NCBI GenBank assembly: GCA_026936335.1
Contig: JAPMXV010000069.1
Location: 1 to 64,000 of the forward strand
Direction of reading: 5' to 3'
DNA length: 64,000 nt
Source of the DNA: Mantamonas sphyraenae STR306
Taxonomy: Eukaryota; Protista; CRuMs
The translations under genes were made by a program, and so were the position numbers. Below are positions 45,539-59,000 of the stretch, one piece after another (the first letter of the stretch is position 1; the number at the start of each line of letters is the position of its first letter). The notes under the pieces were generated by a model. The model did no database searches, was not told the DNA's origin, and was given only the letters and a program-made list of their open reading frames with translations.

Positions 45539-46639
45539 TCAAATGCTCACCACCTTGGTCACCACCTTTGCCTTCTTTGTTGTCGATGTGGTCGCTGTCG
45601 TGGTTGTGTTCTTCCTTTGTTTCGTGGCGGTGTGCGTGACCGACTCTGTGTCCTGGTACGTCTCGCCCAATCCGGCGTACCACGAGTGGTCCTGCTTGTG
45701 CTTGCGCAGATCCTCCGTGGACAAGAAGCCACTGCGTCGCTCCACCTGCTGTACAAACCCATCCACGTCCGCCTGCTGCTGCTCCAGAAACACCTGCGTG
45801 CGCAACCGTGCCTGGGCTGCAAGGAACTTCTTGCTACGATGCTTCTTGTCCAGTTTCTCCGCCTTTAGTTCCGCCCGTTCCAGGTGAGCATTCCTTCCTG
45901 CCGCCTGTTCCCGTGTGCTTGCCTCCACGTGTTCGTAGTACGCGTCCGAGTCACCCCCGCCTCCACTTGTGTCTCCCTCCTGCACTCGTCCCACCAGTGT
46001 CCCTGTTTTCAATCCCACCTCCAGTTGTTCACGTGCTGCTTCCGACTGTTCCCTCTTTTTGCGCTTCAGCAACGGACAGTCCTTCGCCAGGTGCGTCACT
46101 TCTCCGCACCCGTGGCACGAGCCCCCGTACGGGTAGATGCTCTTCCCCGTGTTGTTTGGACATGCGTCGAACCGATGCCCGTATTCTTTACACAAATAGC
46201 ACCTGTTCTTTGTGTTGTGCTCTGTCGTGTGCCCAGCCACCCCGTGTGAGGTGTCAGTCCGAAACCACGCATTTCCTGCGTCCCCGCCTGCCCCCCCCCC
46301 CCCCCCCCCCCACACACACACACTTCACCCACCTTCCACCGATTGTCGAATATACTCCTTCTTTCGTGCTCGTTTCACAGACCCGTTGCGGTTGCCTTTC
46401 TTCTTTCCGTCCCCGCTGCTGCTGCTGCTGCTGCTCCTTCCCCCCTGCTCCACGCGTTGTCTCTTTGCCTCCCCAGACCCAATGGCACGCGTACCCATCA
46501 TCATCTGCAACGCAACGCTGCCCTCCCCTCCTCCCCTTCCTCCCTCCTCACGTGTCCGCTTGCCCCGACTTCCATCCCTTCCCCCTCCTCGCCCTCGTCC
46601 TCGCCCTCGACCTCGACCTCGACCTCTGCGACCCGACAT
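45539..46639 (-). CDS. CCHC zinc-knuckle protein (ZCCHC9-like) with RG-rich N-terminus; intron about 46203-46328
   Basis: CYLCKEYGHRFDAC and IYPYGGSCHGCGEVTHLAKDCP; donor position uncertain. Confidence 0.72.
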
Positions 46640-46686
46640 CCTGTCCAACACAAACTCGATTTGCTGGCTCTACACACGCACATACA

Positions 46687-46995
46687 ATGTCATTTGCAAC
46701 CTCCACTCCTTCACGCCCAACATCCTCCTCCTCCTCCTCCTCCTCCTCATCATCATCATCACCCAAGGAAGATCCCTTTGCCAACGATCCCGAGATCCAA
46801 AGCTTGACCCGAGTCCGCACCACCCTTCACGGCCTCCATGTCCTCCTCCAATCCGTCACCACAGATGCCCACACCCTCGCAGACAATTACAACACGGTCG
46901 CCGCCGTTAATGCTCGATGGGCCATCTTCCTCGGCACCTCACCCATCTCTGCTTCCTCCTCTTCCTCCTCCTCCTCCTCCTCTTCCGCCCTGTGA
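46687..46995 (+). CDS. Small coiled-coil protein resembling a DASH/Dam1-complex subunit (Dad2- or Duo1-like)
   Basis: EIQSLTRVR...TLADNYNTVAAVNARWAIFL resembles Dad2 EL..L..L...TLADGTEAVA.V..NW. Confidence 0.45.
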   Translation: MSFATSTPSRPTSSSSSSSSSSSSSPKEDPFANDPEIQSLTRVRTTLHGLHVLLQSVTTDAHTLADNYNTVAAVNARWAIFLGTSPISASSSSSSSSSSSAL

Positions 46996-47086
46996 ACACC
47001 TCACCCCCCCCCCTCCACTTCCCCCCAGGCTCTCTCCTCTCCTCTCCTCTCCTGCAATCACTGTACATTTGTGCCCTCCTTCTCTC

Positions 47087-48208
47087 CTACCCCTCCAGCT
47101 GACGAAGAAGTCGATCACACATCGACACCAACTCCCCGTTCTCGCTCTCTTTGCTCTGCAACTGATTCTCCAGCAGCGCAATACGCTGTTCCTTTGCCTC
47201 CAGTGCCTGTACATGATCCTCCTCCCTCTATCCACGCCCCGTGTCAGCCATTCTCCGCCGTCTCCTCCTCGACATCTCCCATCTCCCGCCAAAAAACACA
47301 CCCTCCCACAAAATGGCCCCCAACTCTCAAACCCACTGTCTTCATCGCCGCCATCTCTTGCTTCAGTCGTTGCCACTCGCTTTCCAATTCCTCTGTGCGT
47401 GCCTGTAGATGCCCATGGCTCACAATCTCCGCTTGCAGCTGCGCCGTCGTCTTTGCCAGCTCGCTCTCCTTCACTGCGATTCTGTCCGCCATCTCCTTCT
47501 GCTCCCTCCTTGCGTCTGCTTCCAATGCCTCCAATTCCTTTGCCCGCCTCTCCTCCGTGCCCCTTGCATGCTCCTCCGCCACCAGCCGCTGTGTAAGCGA
47601 CTGCAAACGACTCTTCAGCTCCTCGATTTCCTTGTCTCTTGCCCCTGTCCCCATTCCCCATTCCTGCCAAGTCAGCCTTCCCATGCGTCCCACCACCACA
47701 GCCCATTCCCCACCCTAAAAACCCATCCCTCCCACCCTGCCAAAAACTTACCCACAGCCAGAGCAAACGTGTCTTCAAACTCCCCCAGCACTGCACGCAA
47801 CTCCTCGTTCTCCACTCCCATCTCCTGCACCTGTCTCTCCATCCTTCCAAAGTCCAACTCCACCACACGGCTCTCCTCCAATGCCTGTTCCAGGCCTTCG
47901 TTGAATGCCAGCTTCAAATCTTCTCCCGTAAACAACTCCTCGTCCTCTTGCTCCATGCTCACACTCCGTGTTTCCCTTTCCACCACACGTACCCTCCCTA
48001 CCTGGTTGTCTCCATCCACACCCACCTGTACGACCCTCCCCTCACTTCCCCCGCTGCTCCGTGGCGACCATGAAGCTGCACTTCCTGCCTGCAACCCCAC
48101 CGGCCCTGGCCCTGCCTCTCCCAACGACACCCTGGAATACACTCCCATGGTCGGTGATGAACCCGTGTCTCCACTCCCGCCTCCATTTCCAATCCCATTC
48201 GTCTGCAT
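47087..48208 (-). CDS. TACC-like coiled-coil protein; introns 47645-47751, 47228-47336
   Basis: LRAVLGEFEDTFA and C-terminal LQSKESENGELVSMCDRLLRQLE match TACC-domain ends (K.KEN.ELT.ICD.LI); start uncertain. Confidence 0.65.
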
Positions 48209-48235
48209 GATCGCCTCTATTCCAATTACCTTTCC

Positions 48236-50904
48236 TCACCCGGCGCTCCTCTTTTTCTTTCCCTCCACCACCACCGGTGGTGCCACCTCCTCCCGTGTGC
48301 CCTCCTCCACCAACACATTGCCCTCCCACAACCCCTCCAACTCCGTCCGGCAGTCCGACCTCTGGTCTGCGTTCCCGTGCACCAGCCGCCCATACCCTTG
48401 TCGCAATCCGTCTTCCCACTCTCCAGTGTACCGGTCTCCGTTCGCATACTCCATCGACCCTTCCCCTTGGCGCACCCCTCCCACCAACTGTCCCCGGTAC
48501 ACGTCTCCGTTGGCATACCACACTTCGGCCGCACCATCCTGCACACGCCCGTCCACAAACTGCCCTACCACCTTTTTGCGCCACGTAAACAGTCCCTCGT
48601 CATCCTCCACATCCACTCCGTCTTCCATACCCATTCCACTCTCGTCTGTGTATCGCACGTGCTCGTACATCGCACCGGCTCCGTTCGGTTTCCCGCCCAC
48701 ACATTCCCCACAGTATCGCAGTCCTGCTGTCCCGTAGTGCACCACAGCCACTCCGTCTTCTTTTTCATCATCTGCCCATTGTCCAATGTACGACCGCTTG
48801 CTCTTGTGTGCGAAAAAGTGGCCCCGCCCATGTCGCTGTCCCTCCTTCCACTCCCCGTCGTAGAACGACCCGTTATCAAACCGACACATGCCCACTCCGT
48901 GCATCTGCCACTTGCTATTGATCTTTCCTGTGTACTCCTCCCCTTCCTCCTTGTTCTCCAGCCTCACCACCTCGCTCTCATCCACCTTGCCCTCCACAAA
49001 CATCCCATCCACAATCTCCAGGCCATGCACCGCATCCAACAACCTTCCTCGCCCCCACATCTTGTCCTGCCTCCATTCCCCCTCGTATTGGTTCCCATTA
49101 GCCTCTGTCAGCCTGCCCCATCCCATTCGAACTCCTCCCTCCCAATCTCCCTCGTACAACGACCCATCCGCATACTTCATGCGGCCCTCACCCTCTGCTT
49201 GTCCATCCACCATTCGTCCTCTGTACACTCGCCCATCTGTGTACGCCACCTCCACCTCCTCCTCTTCTTCCACCTCGCCCCACGTCCACGTGCACGTCCA
49301 CACCTGGCCATTCGCACGTGTCAACACCCCATGGCCATGTCGAGCCACTGTGTTGTCCATTTGCAGACCCGCATCCACAGTCACCAACTCTCCCTCGTAC
49401 CGTTCCCCGCTCTCTGCGTGCTCCATCCATCCCTCACCATCCACACGCTGTCCATGCTCCCACATGCATCCCATACGATCTCCGTTCTCCCATGTCCACA
49501 CGCCCTCTCCGTGTGCCACTCCTCCGCCAAAGCTACCTTCGTACACGTTCCCTTCCTGCTCGGGAACCCACTCGTCCCACACCACCTCCCGCCCTTCCTC
49601 CCACCCCTCTGCAATCCCATGCTGCTGCTCTCCTGCCTTGCGCACTGCCTCCTCGCGCTCTTCTTCATCTTCAATGTCCAGCGCAAGCAACAAGCTCGCC
49701 ACACTTGGCAACTCCTGCAACTCGTGCCACTCTGTCCCTCCGTGAGCTTGTCTCTTGCGTTGACCACGTCCATACGCCATCCGACCCATGCCCCATGCCA
49801 CCATCCCCTGCACTTCACCCTCGTACACGTCGCCGTTCAACCACCCCAACGTGCCCTTCCCACACGCCTCGTTGCCCTTCCATTCCCCATCGTACACCAC
49901 ACAGTCCGTGCCACGGTACCAACCTCGCCCCTCCCGCATTCCTCCCACAAACTCCCCCACATACACAGCCTGTGGGGCTCCGTCTGTGCTTTCTGGACCG
50001 TACACAAGCACTCCCTTGCCCTCGCGCATGCTGTTCACAAACTGGCCCTGGTACACATCCCGTGTCCCACCAAACGTGTACTTCCCACATCCCTGCGCGT
50101 GTCATGCGTGTTCCCTGGTGTGAGCTGGGCCAGCCTTTCATCACGCTCCTTCCCTTCCCTTCCCCACCCACCCCCACAACGCACCTCCATGTGGTCCCTG
50201 ACCCACATCCCGTCGTACTGGTCTCCATTGGGAAACACGCAGTGTCCAACCCCGTGGCGCTGCACTGTCGGTCGTCCACGGCGTGTCACCACCTCGATTT
50301 GTCCGCTGAAAATGTGGCCGTTGCTCAGCCGACACCGATTCGGCCACCATCCCACACGCTCATCCTCTTTCCACAGCCCATGCACCTCTGTGCCACTCTC
50401 GAGCACCCATTCCCCTTCTCCGTGTCGCTTGTTGTCCACCCACAGGCCATCAAACCGGCTTCCATCTTTGGCAACCACCAACACACCCCGCCCGTGCCGC
50501 ACCACCGCCTCCACTTCCCCGCCCATCCCATCTCCCTGCGTGCCACCTTTGTCACCTTTGTCGAGCCCACTTGTCATGCCGCTTCCTTTGCGTGCGCTCT
50601 TGACCCCGCCCGTCTTTTTGCCCTTCTTCTTCTTCTGCAACGCCGCCTGCTGTTCTGCACTCGCTTCGTGTCTGAACTGTCCCGTGTATACGTCTCCGTT
50701 GCTGTATTCCACCACGCCTTGCAACAGTGCCATCTGCACCAGTCCATCTTTGTCCAGCGCAACCACCTGCGCCTCTGTCCCTTCCTCCTCCTCCCACACA
50801 GTCACCTGAGTCACAGTCAGCACGGATGTCCCTTCACCTCCTTCCGTGTCCTCGCTTTCAGCACGTTGCATCCCTTTGCTTTCGCTCTCCATTGTCGATG
50901 TCAT
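48236..50904 (-). CDS. MORN-repeat protein; intron 50093-50184
   Basis: Many Y.G.W..G.R.G.G...Y.NGD repeats across both exons. Confidence 0.9.
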
Positions 50905-50936
50905 CCTTTTGCCCCAACCCACGCAACGCAATCCAC

Positions 50937-53477
50937 ATGCCGCATTGGTGGATCTCCCATGTTCACACACTGCACCCACAGCTGTTGGTTGGTGATGATG
51001 CTTGGTCCAAATGTCTTCATACCGTCTCAGCAGACGACTGGCCGGCAGTGGCCAAGCGTTTGCTCGAAACAGACCCATCTCGTCAGGATTCCGCTTTCGA
51101 CGTCCTTCTGTGCCAGGCTTGGGTCGTCGACTGTGCTTCCGCTCCTTCTCTCGATCAATGGGATCAGCTCATGCATCTGGGTCAACGCGACACAGCCCGT
51201 ACTCGCCAGCGATGGATTCTGCAAAGCGACGCTGAGTTGCGCTTGGCAATCCTGCTGCGTCTTCTTCTGCACACGCTCACCTGCCGAAAGAAACCTGTCT
51301 GCGCAGAGTTTATGATCCAAATGGCAGCAGACACACCGACCATCATCCCTGCATGCCTCCATCTGCTTCAGGATGCCTCGACTCGCACATCGGGTGCCCA
51401 CGTTCGCACAGTCACTCGCATGCTCGCCGCCTGCATCCATGCGTGCCCCCAAACGCTGCTACCCTCGGCATTGGCTTCAATGGCGCGCCACCTGGACGAC
51501 AAAGAGGCACTCAACCGCTTGTGTGCCATTGAGTCCCTTCTCCAACATCTGCCCCGTCTCCCTCTGTCTATTCTGTCCCGCATTGTCAACCATTGCCTTG
51601 ATGCCTCTGTCAAGGTGCGATGCAAGACTTTGCGTCTTCTGGACGCCCGTGTATCTGACTTGCCCCTGGACACATGCTCGGACCTCCTCCAACACGCCCT
51701 CCTCCTTTGCTGCCTGGACGAGCAGCATCACGGGAACCTTGCGCATGCAGATTGCCACAAACACGCTCTTCAGCTTCTGTGCAATCTCAGCACCCTACAT
51801 CATCTCGACATCCACCCCAGCAAACTCGACCGGCTCTTTGCACGTCTCACGTCGCCCCAGCTTATTGAGAAGGTTGCCCACGCCGTGTGCGCCAGTGTCA
51901 CATGGAAACAATGTGCTCTCCTCTCCCGCAAGTCGTGTGACGCCCTGGTACCGTGCAAGATCGCCGAGGCTGGGTTCCACGTTCCCAATACCCTCCTCGA
52001 TACATTGGATGGCAGTGAACACGCCTTGGCCTGCCTTGTGCACCACATTCCAGACGTGGCCCCACAGCTGCAGCTGCGCTTGATCGATGCCTGGGACTCT
52101 GGCGACGCGGAAACCGCCTGGCATCTGCTCAACTCGCTGGCTCCACGCGGAATGGAGTTTTCTTCACGGCAAGCCCATGAACGTTTCTGGCCAGTCGTCG
52201 AAGAAGAGATGGGTGTGCATGCCATGCAAGTTGGCTCTCACCGCCTCAAGACGTGGCTCGCATCCATGCAGGCCGCTCGACGCCCTGCCATACTTCCACG
52301 CACGTATGCCCTGCTCGACGACCTCGCCGGGAGCACATCCACACCCTTGCGTCTCTACTGCACCCAGGCTACTCATGTGCTTCTCTGGACATCCTCTTTC
52401 GTCCGCAACATGTGTGCATGGCAGTTTGACCGCAAACACGCCAAGGTCCACTCTCGTGCTGTCGACTATCTGGGCCAAGAGGCACTCGATGAGCGACGAG
52501 AATCCACACAACGCACAGCTGTCGAGCATTCGCTTTCTTCGGGAGCCCCACATGCTCACCTGGTGGTCGTTCTGGAAGTTCTGCGCACGACACGCCTGCC
52601 CCTGCTTGAACGGCTGCATGCACTCCATTCCCTGTGCCCACTCATCGACATGGCCGGCTGTGTGCGCCTCGAGCTCTTTGTGTCGGACATCGACGACGCT
52701 GTGGACGGCCTGTTTGATTTGCTGCCATCGGCTGCCACCGACATCGCTCACCATCAGCTGTGCCACGTGATCCACCACATCAGCACTCTCTCACACACCG
52801 ATTCATCTGTCCGCAGCGCATTGCACAAGTGGAGTTGTACGCTCAGCCAGCACATCCACGTCCTCTCGCCGCCTGTTCGTCGCCACTGGCTCCTTGTCCT
52901 CGTGGACATGATCCAGCGAGCAGTTGTGCCTCTGCCACAGCATGCCACCGTCATCATGTCTCATCTTCCCCTGGCTCGCTTCCGTCCCATCGCCGCGGCC
53001 TTTGTGCAGCGCCACGTCCTCGTCCACGTTGCCGGCAAGAGCCACACAGCCCAGCAGCGTGCCTCCATGCAGCTCTATGCCCTGTTGATGGCCTTGGTGC
53101 ACGAGTGTCCCTCTTTGCTGTCGTCTTCATCCCGCTCGGTGGACTCGGACCTTCAGTACACCCAGATTGTCACAGATGTGCTTGCACTCATGCAACACCG
53201 CGTGCCGGTGGCCCCGTCTATGGCAGCCACGCTGGTGGAAACTGCCACGTCCAACCCCGAAAGTCCGCACCTTGTGCGCATGGCCTTTGTCCTCACACAG
53301 CTGCCTCCCACCGAAGCAAGCGTTCTGGCCTTGCGTCCCCTTGTGCCACTCTGTGCACATATTCCCCAGCGTGCCCTTGACTATGTGCGCATGCATGCGA
53401 GTGCAGAACCGCTCAGCAACCCCAGCTCTCAAGTGATGACGTGTCTGGCCGCGCTCGCCGAACCAACTTCCTCCTGA
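50937..53477 (+). CDS. Large Leu-rich alpha-helical (HEAT/ARM-like) protein
   Basis: About 846-aa intronless ORF; HEAT-like IVNHCLDASVKVRCKTLRLL, weakly reminiscent of condensin HEAT subunits; start uncertain. Confidence 0.6.
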   Translation: MPHWWISHVHTLHPQLLVGDDAWSKCLHTVSADDWPAVAKRLLETDPSRQDSAFDVLLCQAWVVDCASAPSLDQWDQLMHLGQRDTARTRQRWILQSDAELRLAILLRLLLHTLTCRKKPVCAEFMIQMAADTPTIIPACLHLLQDASTRTSGAHVRTVTRMLAACIHACPQTLLPSALASMARHLDDKEALNRLCAIESLLQHLPRLPLSILSRIVNHCLDASVKVRCKTLRLLDARVSDLPLDTCSDLLQHALLLCCLDEQHHGNLAHADCHKHALQLLCNLSTLHHLDIHPSKLDRLFARLTSPQLIEKVAHAVCASVTWKQCALLSRKSCDALVPCKIAEAGFHVPNTLLDTLDGSEHALACLVHHIPDVAPQLQLRLIDAWDSGDAETAWHLLNSLAPRGMEFSSRQAHERFWPVVEEEMGVHAMQVGSHRLKTWLASMQAARRPAILPRTYALLDDLAGSTSTPLRLYCTQATHVLLWTSSFVRNMCAWQFDRKHAKVHSRAVDYLGQEALDERRESTQRTAVEHSLSSGAPHAHLVVVLEVLRTTRLPLLERLHALHSLCPLIDMAGCVRLELFVSDIDDAVDGLFDLLPSAATDIAHHQLCHVIHHISTLSHTDSSVRSALHKWSCTLSQHIHVLSPPVRRHWLLVLVDMIQRAVVPLPQHATVIMSHLPLARFRPIAAAFVQRHVLVHVAGKSHTAQQRASMQLYALLMALVHECPSLLSSSSRSVDSDLQYTQIVTDVLALMQHRVPVAPSMAATLVETATSNPESPHLVRMAFVLTQLPPTEASVLALRPLVPLCAHIPQRALDYVRMHASAEPLSNPSSQVMTCLAALAEPTSS

Positions 53478-53479
53478 CC

Positions 53480-54425
<946 letters not shown>

Positions 54426-54530
54426 ACCGATCTGAACTTCGCTTTTTCCTGCCATGCTATTTATCCATCCACTCACCACCCCTCCCCCATGTGTGTGTGT
54501 GTGTGAGTCTGTGTCTATCTTTCTCTCTGC

Positions 54531-55073
54531 TTAATTTCCCCATTCCTCCTCCATCTTCTTGGCATAGGCCTTTCGTTGTTCCTCGTTGATTCGCTCCTGC
54601 TCGGCCTTTTCCCGCTCCTTGCGTTCAAACACACGTTCGAGCTTCTTCTGCAGTTTATCCTGTCGCTGTTGTGCTCGCTTCTCCTCCTGTTGTGCTTCCA
54701 CATCGTCCACCATGCCCTGCACTGCCTCAGCGGCCATTTGTTCGCGCAGCTTGGCCAGGCTGGGCACGTGGGTGCCGTAGTCCATGGTCACCCACTGCCC
54801 TGCACTGTCCCCTCGTGCCTTGCGTTCCTCATGAATGCTTTGATTGTGTGCCAGCAATGCCTCTGCGCTCTCTGCTTCTGTCTCCACCCCGTCTGGCAGC
54901 CGTGACACAACCACAGCCATCGGAGCGCGCATGCTCGGTCGCTTCCGCTTCCTTTTGGCCAGCAATGGAGATGCACTCATGTGCACACCACGCACTCCCT
55001 CTTGCATCCCATCCATATTGACCATCACACCCAGTCCACGCACGCTGCTGTTCTTGCATACCCGCCCAAACAT
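54531..55073 (-). CDS. Hypothetical, probably mitochondrion-targeted, coiled-coil protein
   Basis: Presequence-like MFGRV...VRGVHMSASPLLAK; charged helical C-terminus. Confidence 0.55.
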   Translation of the reverse strand: MFGRVCKNSSVRGLGVMVNMDGMQEGVRGVHMSASPLLAKRKRKRPSMRAPMAVVVSRLPDGVETEAESAEALLAHNQSIHEERKARGDSAGQWVTMDYGTHVPSLAKLREQMAAEAVQGMVDDVEAQQEEKRAQQRQDKLQKKLERVFERKEREKAEQERINEEQRKAYAKKMEEEWGN

Positions 55074-55229
55074 CGTCGACCTCGTTTTCGCTTTGGCGGC
55101 CCTGACGCCGCTCCACGTTTGCGCGAGCTGACTCAATTTGAACCGAACAGCCTGTAAACCAGACCCGTTGCCCACACACCTCGCACCCGCGTGCAATAAC
55201 AACACACACAGACAACACACGCGCACACA

Positions 55230-55854
55230 ATGTCATCTTCCTCCTCCTCGTCGTCTGCCGACGTCGTCTTTCCGATCCGAGCTGCGGAAACCAAAACCGC
55301 CGCTGCCGCCACCCATGTCCTTAGCAAGCGCAAGCTCGGCGACCTTGTCGCTCAAATGGACACCCACGAGACCATGGATGGTCTCATGGAAGAGGTCAGC
55401 TTTGCCCTTTGTCCTGCCGCGTCCCGTTTTCGCGATGCGCCTGAGCCCTCTTCCCGCCACTCGAGCATGTGCCCAGCGCTCACACTCGCCGATGCACCGT
55501 ACCCGTCGCTTCTCTCCGTGTATATCCCACCACTGTCCTTCTCCACAGCTCCTCCTCGACATTGCCGATGACTTTATTGAATCTGTGACCGCTTTTGGCT
55601 GTGCGCTTGCCAAACACCGAGGCAGCAAGACGCTGGAGGTGAAGGACATCAAACTGCACCTTGAGAACGGCTACGGCATGCGTCTGCCTGGCAACCAGGA
55701 CGACCTCGCCGTGCAGGAGCGGCCCGAGGCTCTGCGTGTGCACCAGTCTCGCAAGGACAAGATCAAGCAGCAACGTTTGCAGGACGCCACCGCAGGCGAG
55801 GTTGTCGAAGAGGCCAGGAAGGCCGCCGGCACCAAACGCCAGCGCACAGGGTAA
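55230..55854 (+). CDS. TAF12: TFIID/SAGA histone-fold subunit TAF12; intron 55395-55548
   Basis: [11 protein letters not shown]...EE|[13 protein letters not shown]...[20 protein letters not shown]. Confidence 0.95.
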
Positions 55855-56077
55855 CCAGCGCCGCCACACGCGCTGCATCATCACCAACATTCATCGCACA
55901 TGCACACTTCTCTCTTCTTCATCACACATGCAGCATGCGAAACTCGCCTCTCTTTGTCCATAGTCAATACACACCACAAATTTTGATTCACAGTCAAATC
56001 TCACACACGGACCAATTTCACACAAATGCATCTGAATCAAAATTTACTGCGTTCTTCACCGATTGCCGTTCCGCGAA

Positions 56078-59000
56078 TCACTTGTACACGGCAATGATGG
56101 CGTCCATGGCACCAGCGGCCATCAGCATGCGGTTCGGATGGAACTTGACGCAGCTGACTGGCCCGATGCGCTGTCCAAGGAATCCCTGGTGGTACTTGAT
56201 GCGGCTGAGCGGTTTGCCCTCGCCCTGCATGTGGAACACGTCGATAAACTGGTTCTGGTAGCCACAGGCAATGATGGGTGCATAGTCATGCACACACATG
56301 GTGCTCATCTTCTTCTCGCTGTTGCCTGTGGACACAGTCTTGCTGCTGCGCTCCATGCGTGCGTCCCACAGCTTCACCTGCCCGTTCGCAGCCCCACTGA
56401 CCATGCGCTGGTCGCCCATGCGCTGGATGCGCACGTCGATGATCCAGTTGGAGTGTTCCTCGTACGTCTGCACCATGCCAGCCTGCGTGCGCATGTCGTA
56501 CAGGTTCACACGTCCATCGCCAAACCCAGCCAGCAGCAGGTTGCCATCCGGATGTGCGCTCATGCTGGTCATCAAGTGGTCGCTCTGTGTTTGGTACATC
56601 ATGGCCACCAGTTCCTGTTCCACGTCCCACACGCGGAAGAAGTGACTGTCCCCTCCTCCCAGCATCCAGCCACGTGTCTGCATAAACTCGGCCGCCAGCT
56701 GTGTGCCAGGTACCACACTGCCCAATTCGGGTACCACACGCCACGCCGTGCGCAACTCCTGTTCGCCATCGTTCTCAAACCCAGCCCACAGGTGGATGCA
56801 CCCGTCGTCAGCTCCACATGCAACCAGCGGACGCTGGTGGTCGTTGATGAGCTTGAGAAAGGACACACGCGAGCCATAGGCGTTGCCCGTGTCAAACATG
56901 TTGACCTTGACACCCGTGGTCCAGTTCCACACGTTGAGCTGACTGCGATCGTCGGCCACAAGCAACAGATCCTCGTAGGGATGGAAACACAACCGGTGCG
57001 CCATGTCCGTCTCATTGTCCAGCAGTTGCACCTGTTCATCCATCTTTGACTTGGCCATGTTGCGTCGTTCTGCACGGCTGCCCACAAGCACCTCCCGGTT
57101 CCTCTCCCGTCGCCATTCCTCCTCCAACACCTGCGGTGTCGGTCCCGTGTCTGCCTCGTGCTCCTTGCCAATCGGTTGCGAAAAGTATTGGCAATTCCAC
57201 GCGTACAGCTCACTCTGTGTCACCATCGCCACTGGGTCCACACTCGGTGTCCACGCTGTGCTGCTGCTGCTGCTGCTGCTTCCATCCGCACCTCCCCCGC
57301 CACCGCTCTTGTTGCTGCTGTTGCTGCGGTTGCTCCTGTTGCTTCGATGCGACGACGACGCCCCACTGCTGCCTTCTCCCCCCAGTGCTCCACTAAGGCC
57401 ACCACCACCGCTTTCGCTCAGACGTGTCGATGACCCACTCTTGCGAATCATCAGCGTCCCGTTGCGTCCCAACGCACTCACCGATGCGCCCACGTCGTCG
57501 TCCTCGTCTTCATCGTCATTGTACTCTACGTCCTCTCCCTTGAGCTGTGTCTTGCCCTTCTTGGCACTCTTCTTCTTGCTGCTGCCATTCTTGCTCGCCC
57601 CTTCGCTCACCTCGCCATCGCTGCTTCCAAACGGCACCCCAAACGCATACGTGTAGGGATTGACACGTTCCTCACCGCCCTTCTGCTTGTTTGCCTTGCT
57701 CCCTCCACCTCCTCTACCTGAACTGGCACCGCGTGCACTGCCGCCTGCCCCCCTGCGCTGTGGCACCTCATCGTCGTCCAATGACGGGAAGCGTCGTGAG
57801 CTGTTTCCTCGCAGGGATCCCTCGCCAGAGGCAGGCACCCAATCCGTGCCTGCCAGGCCCCCGGACGACGCGTTGTTCTGCGCCTGGCTGGCCTCGTACA
57901 AGCGCACGTCTTCCACGTACGCATACATGACTGCCTCCACGTGCCGTGCCACATTGGCCACTTCGGGGAAGGGGTCGTATGTAAACGTGAGCAGGATGTG
58001 CCAGATGGCCTCCTGCACACTTGTTTCCCCTTCCCCTTCGCTGACCAAGCTGGTGTCTGCCACCACGCCTTCTGTGTGCTCATCGTACCCCTCACGCATT
58101 CCTGCATCCACACCCAGATCTTCATCTTCCTGTTGCTGCATCGTCGATTCGTCGTAGCTCTGGCTGGTGTTGGTGTTGTTGCTCACACTCGCACTGCCCC
58201 CATTGCTTGCACTGCTGTGTTCACTCATCACCGCATGTTGGGCAAACATCATCCTGCGTTGGTTGTGTCGTCGTTGCTCCTCAGCCTTGCGCTGCTTGGC
58301 CGCACGCTGCTTCCGAGCCTCTGCCTCCGCTCTGCTTGCCTCATCCCCACCACTGCTACGTCCCATTAGGGGCGAAAAGAAGCCCGACTTGCGCGAGGGT
58401 GTCGTATTGCCACTGCTGCTGCTGCCTGCGTTGGAATCTGCCACGCCGCTGCTGCTGCTGGTGCTACCACTGCCACCTCCTCCGAATCCAGCCCCTCCTG
58501 CGCTTGCCTCGCTGTTCCCACTGCCCATGAGCCCGCCCAAACCACTGCTGGACGAAGACGACGATGTCAGTGTCGACGTGTGCAGCTTGGCAGGGCTGCG
58601 CAACAGAGCCGCTGTGGTGGAGGAGGAGGACGACGAGGCGCCGTCGTCATCTCTGCCTCCTCCACGTCTGCTTCCGCCACGCTCACGGTGGGACGACGAA
58701 GAGGACGCACGTCCCTCATCCATAAAGGGCAGTTGATCACGCATGCGCTGGAGATGGTAATCGTCGTCGGGCAGCTGCCCACCTGTGCCCGCGGCGGCGG
58801 CGGCGGACGAGGAGGAGCCTGCCATGAGACCGCCGTCTTCAGCATGATGAGCCTGCTCCATTTCATACATGGCAAAGTCAGCCTCGTCCTTGGTCTGTGC
58901 CACGGCATCAAAGAACAGCTCCTTGTTGTGGGCCACAATGCGCTCCATGGCAATGACCACCTCCTTGCGCACCACGGGTGAGGCATCGTCCACAGCCACA

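Noticed and set aside
45539-46321. Zinc knuckles as retrotransposon gag
   Set aside because: No protease, RT, integrase or LTRs; motif context fits cellular ZCCHC9-like proteins
48236-48238. TGA as selenocysteine
   Set aside because: Low-complexity linker context, no redox motif and no SECIS recognised
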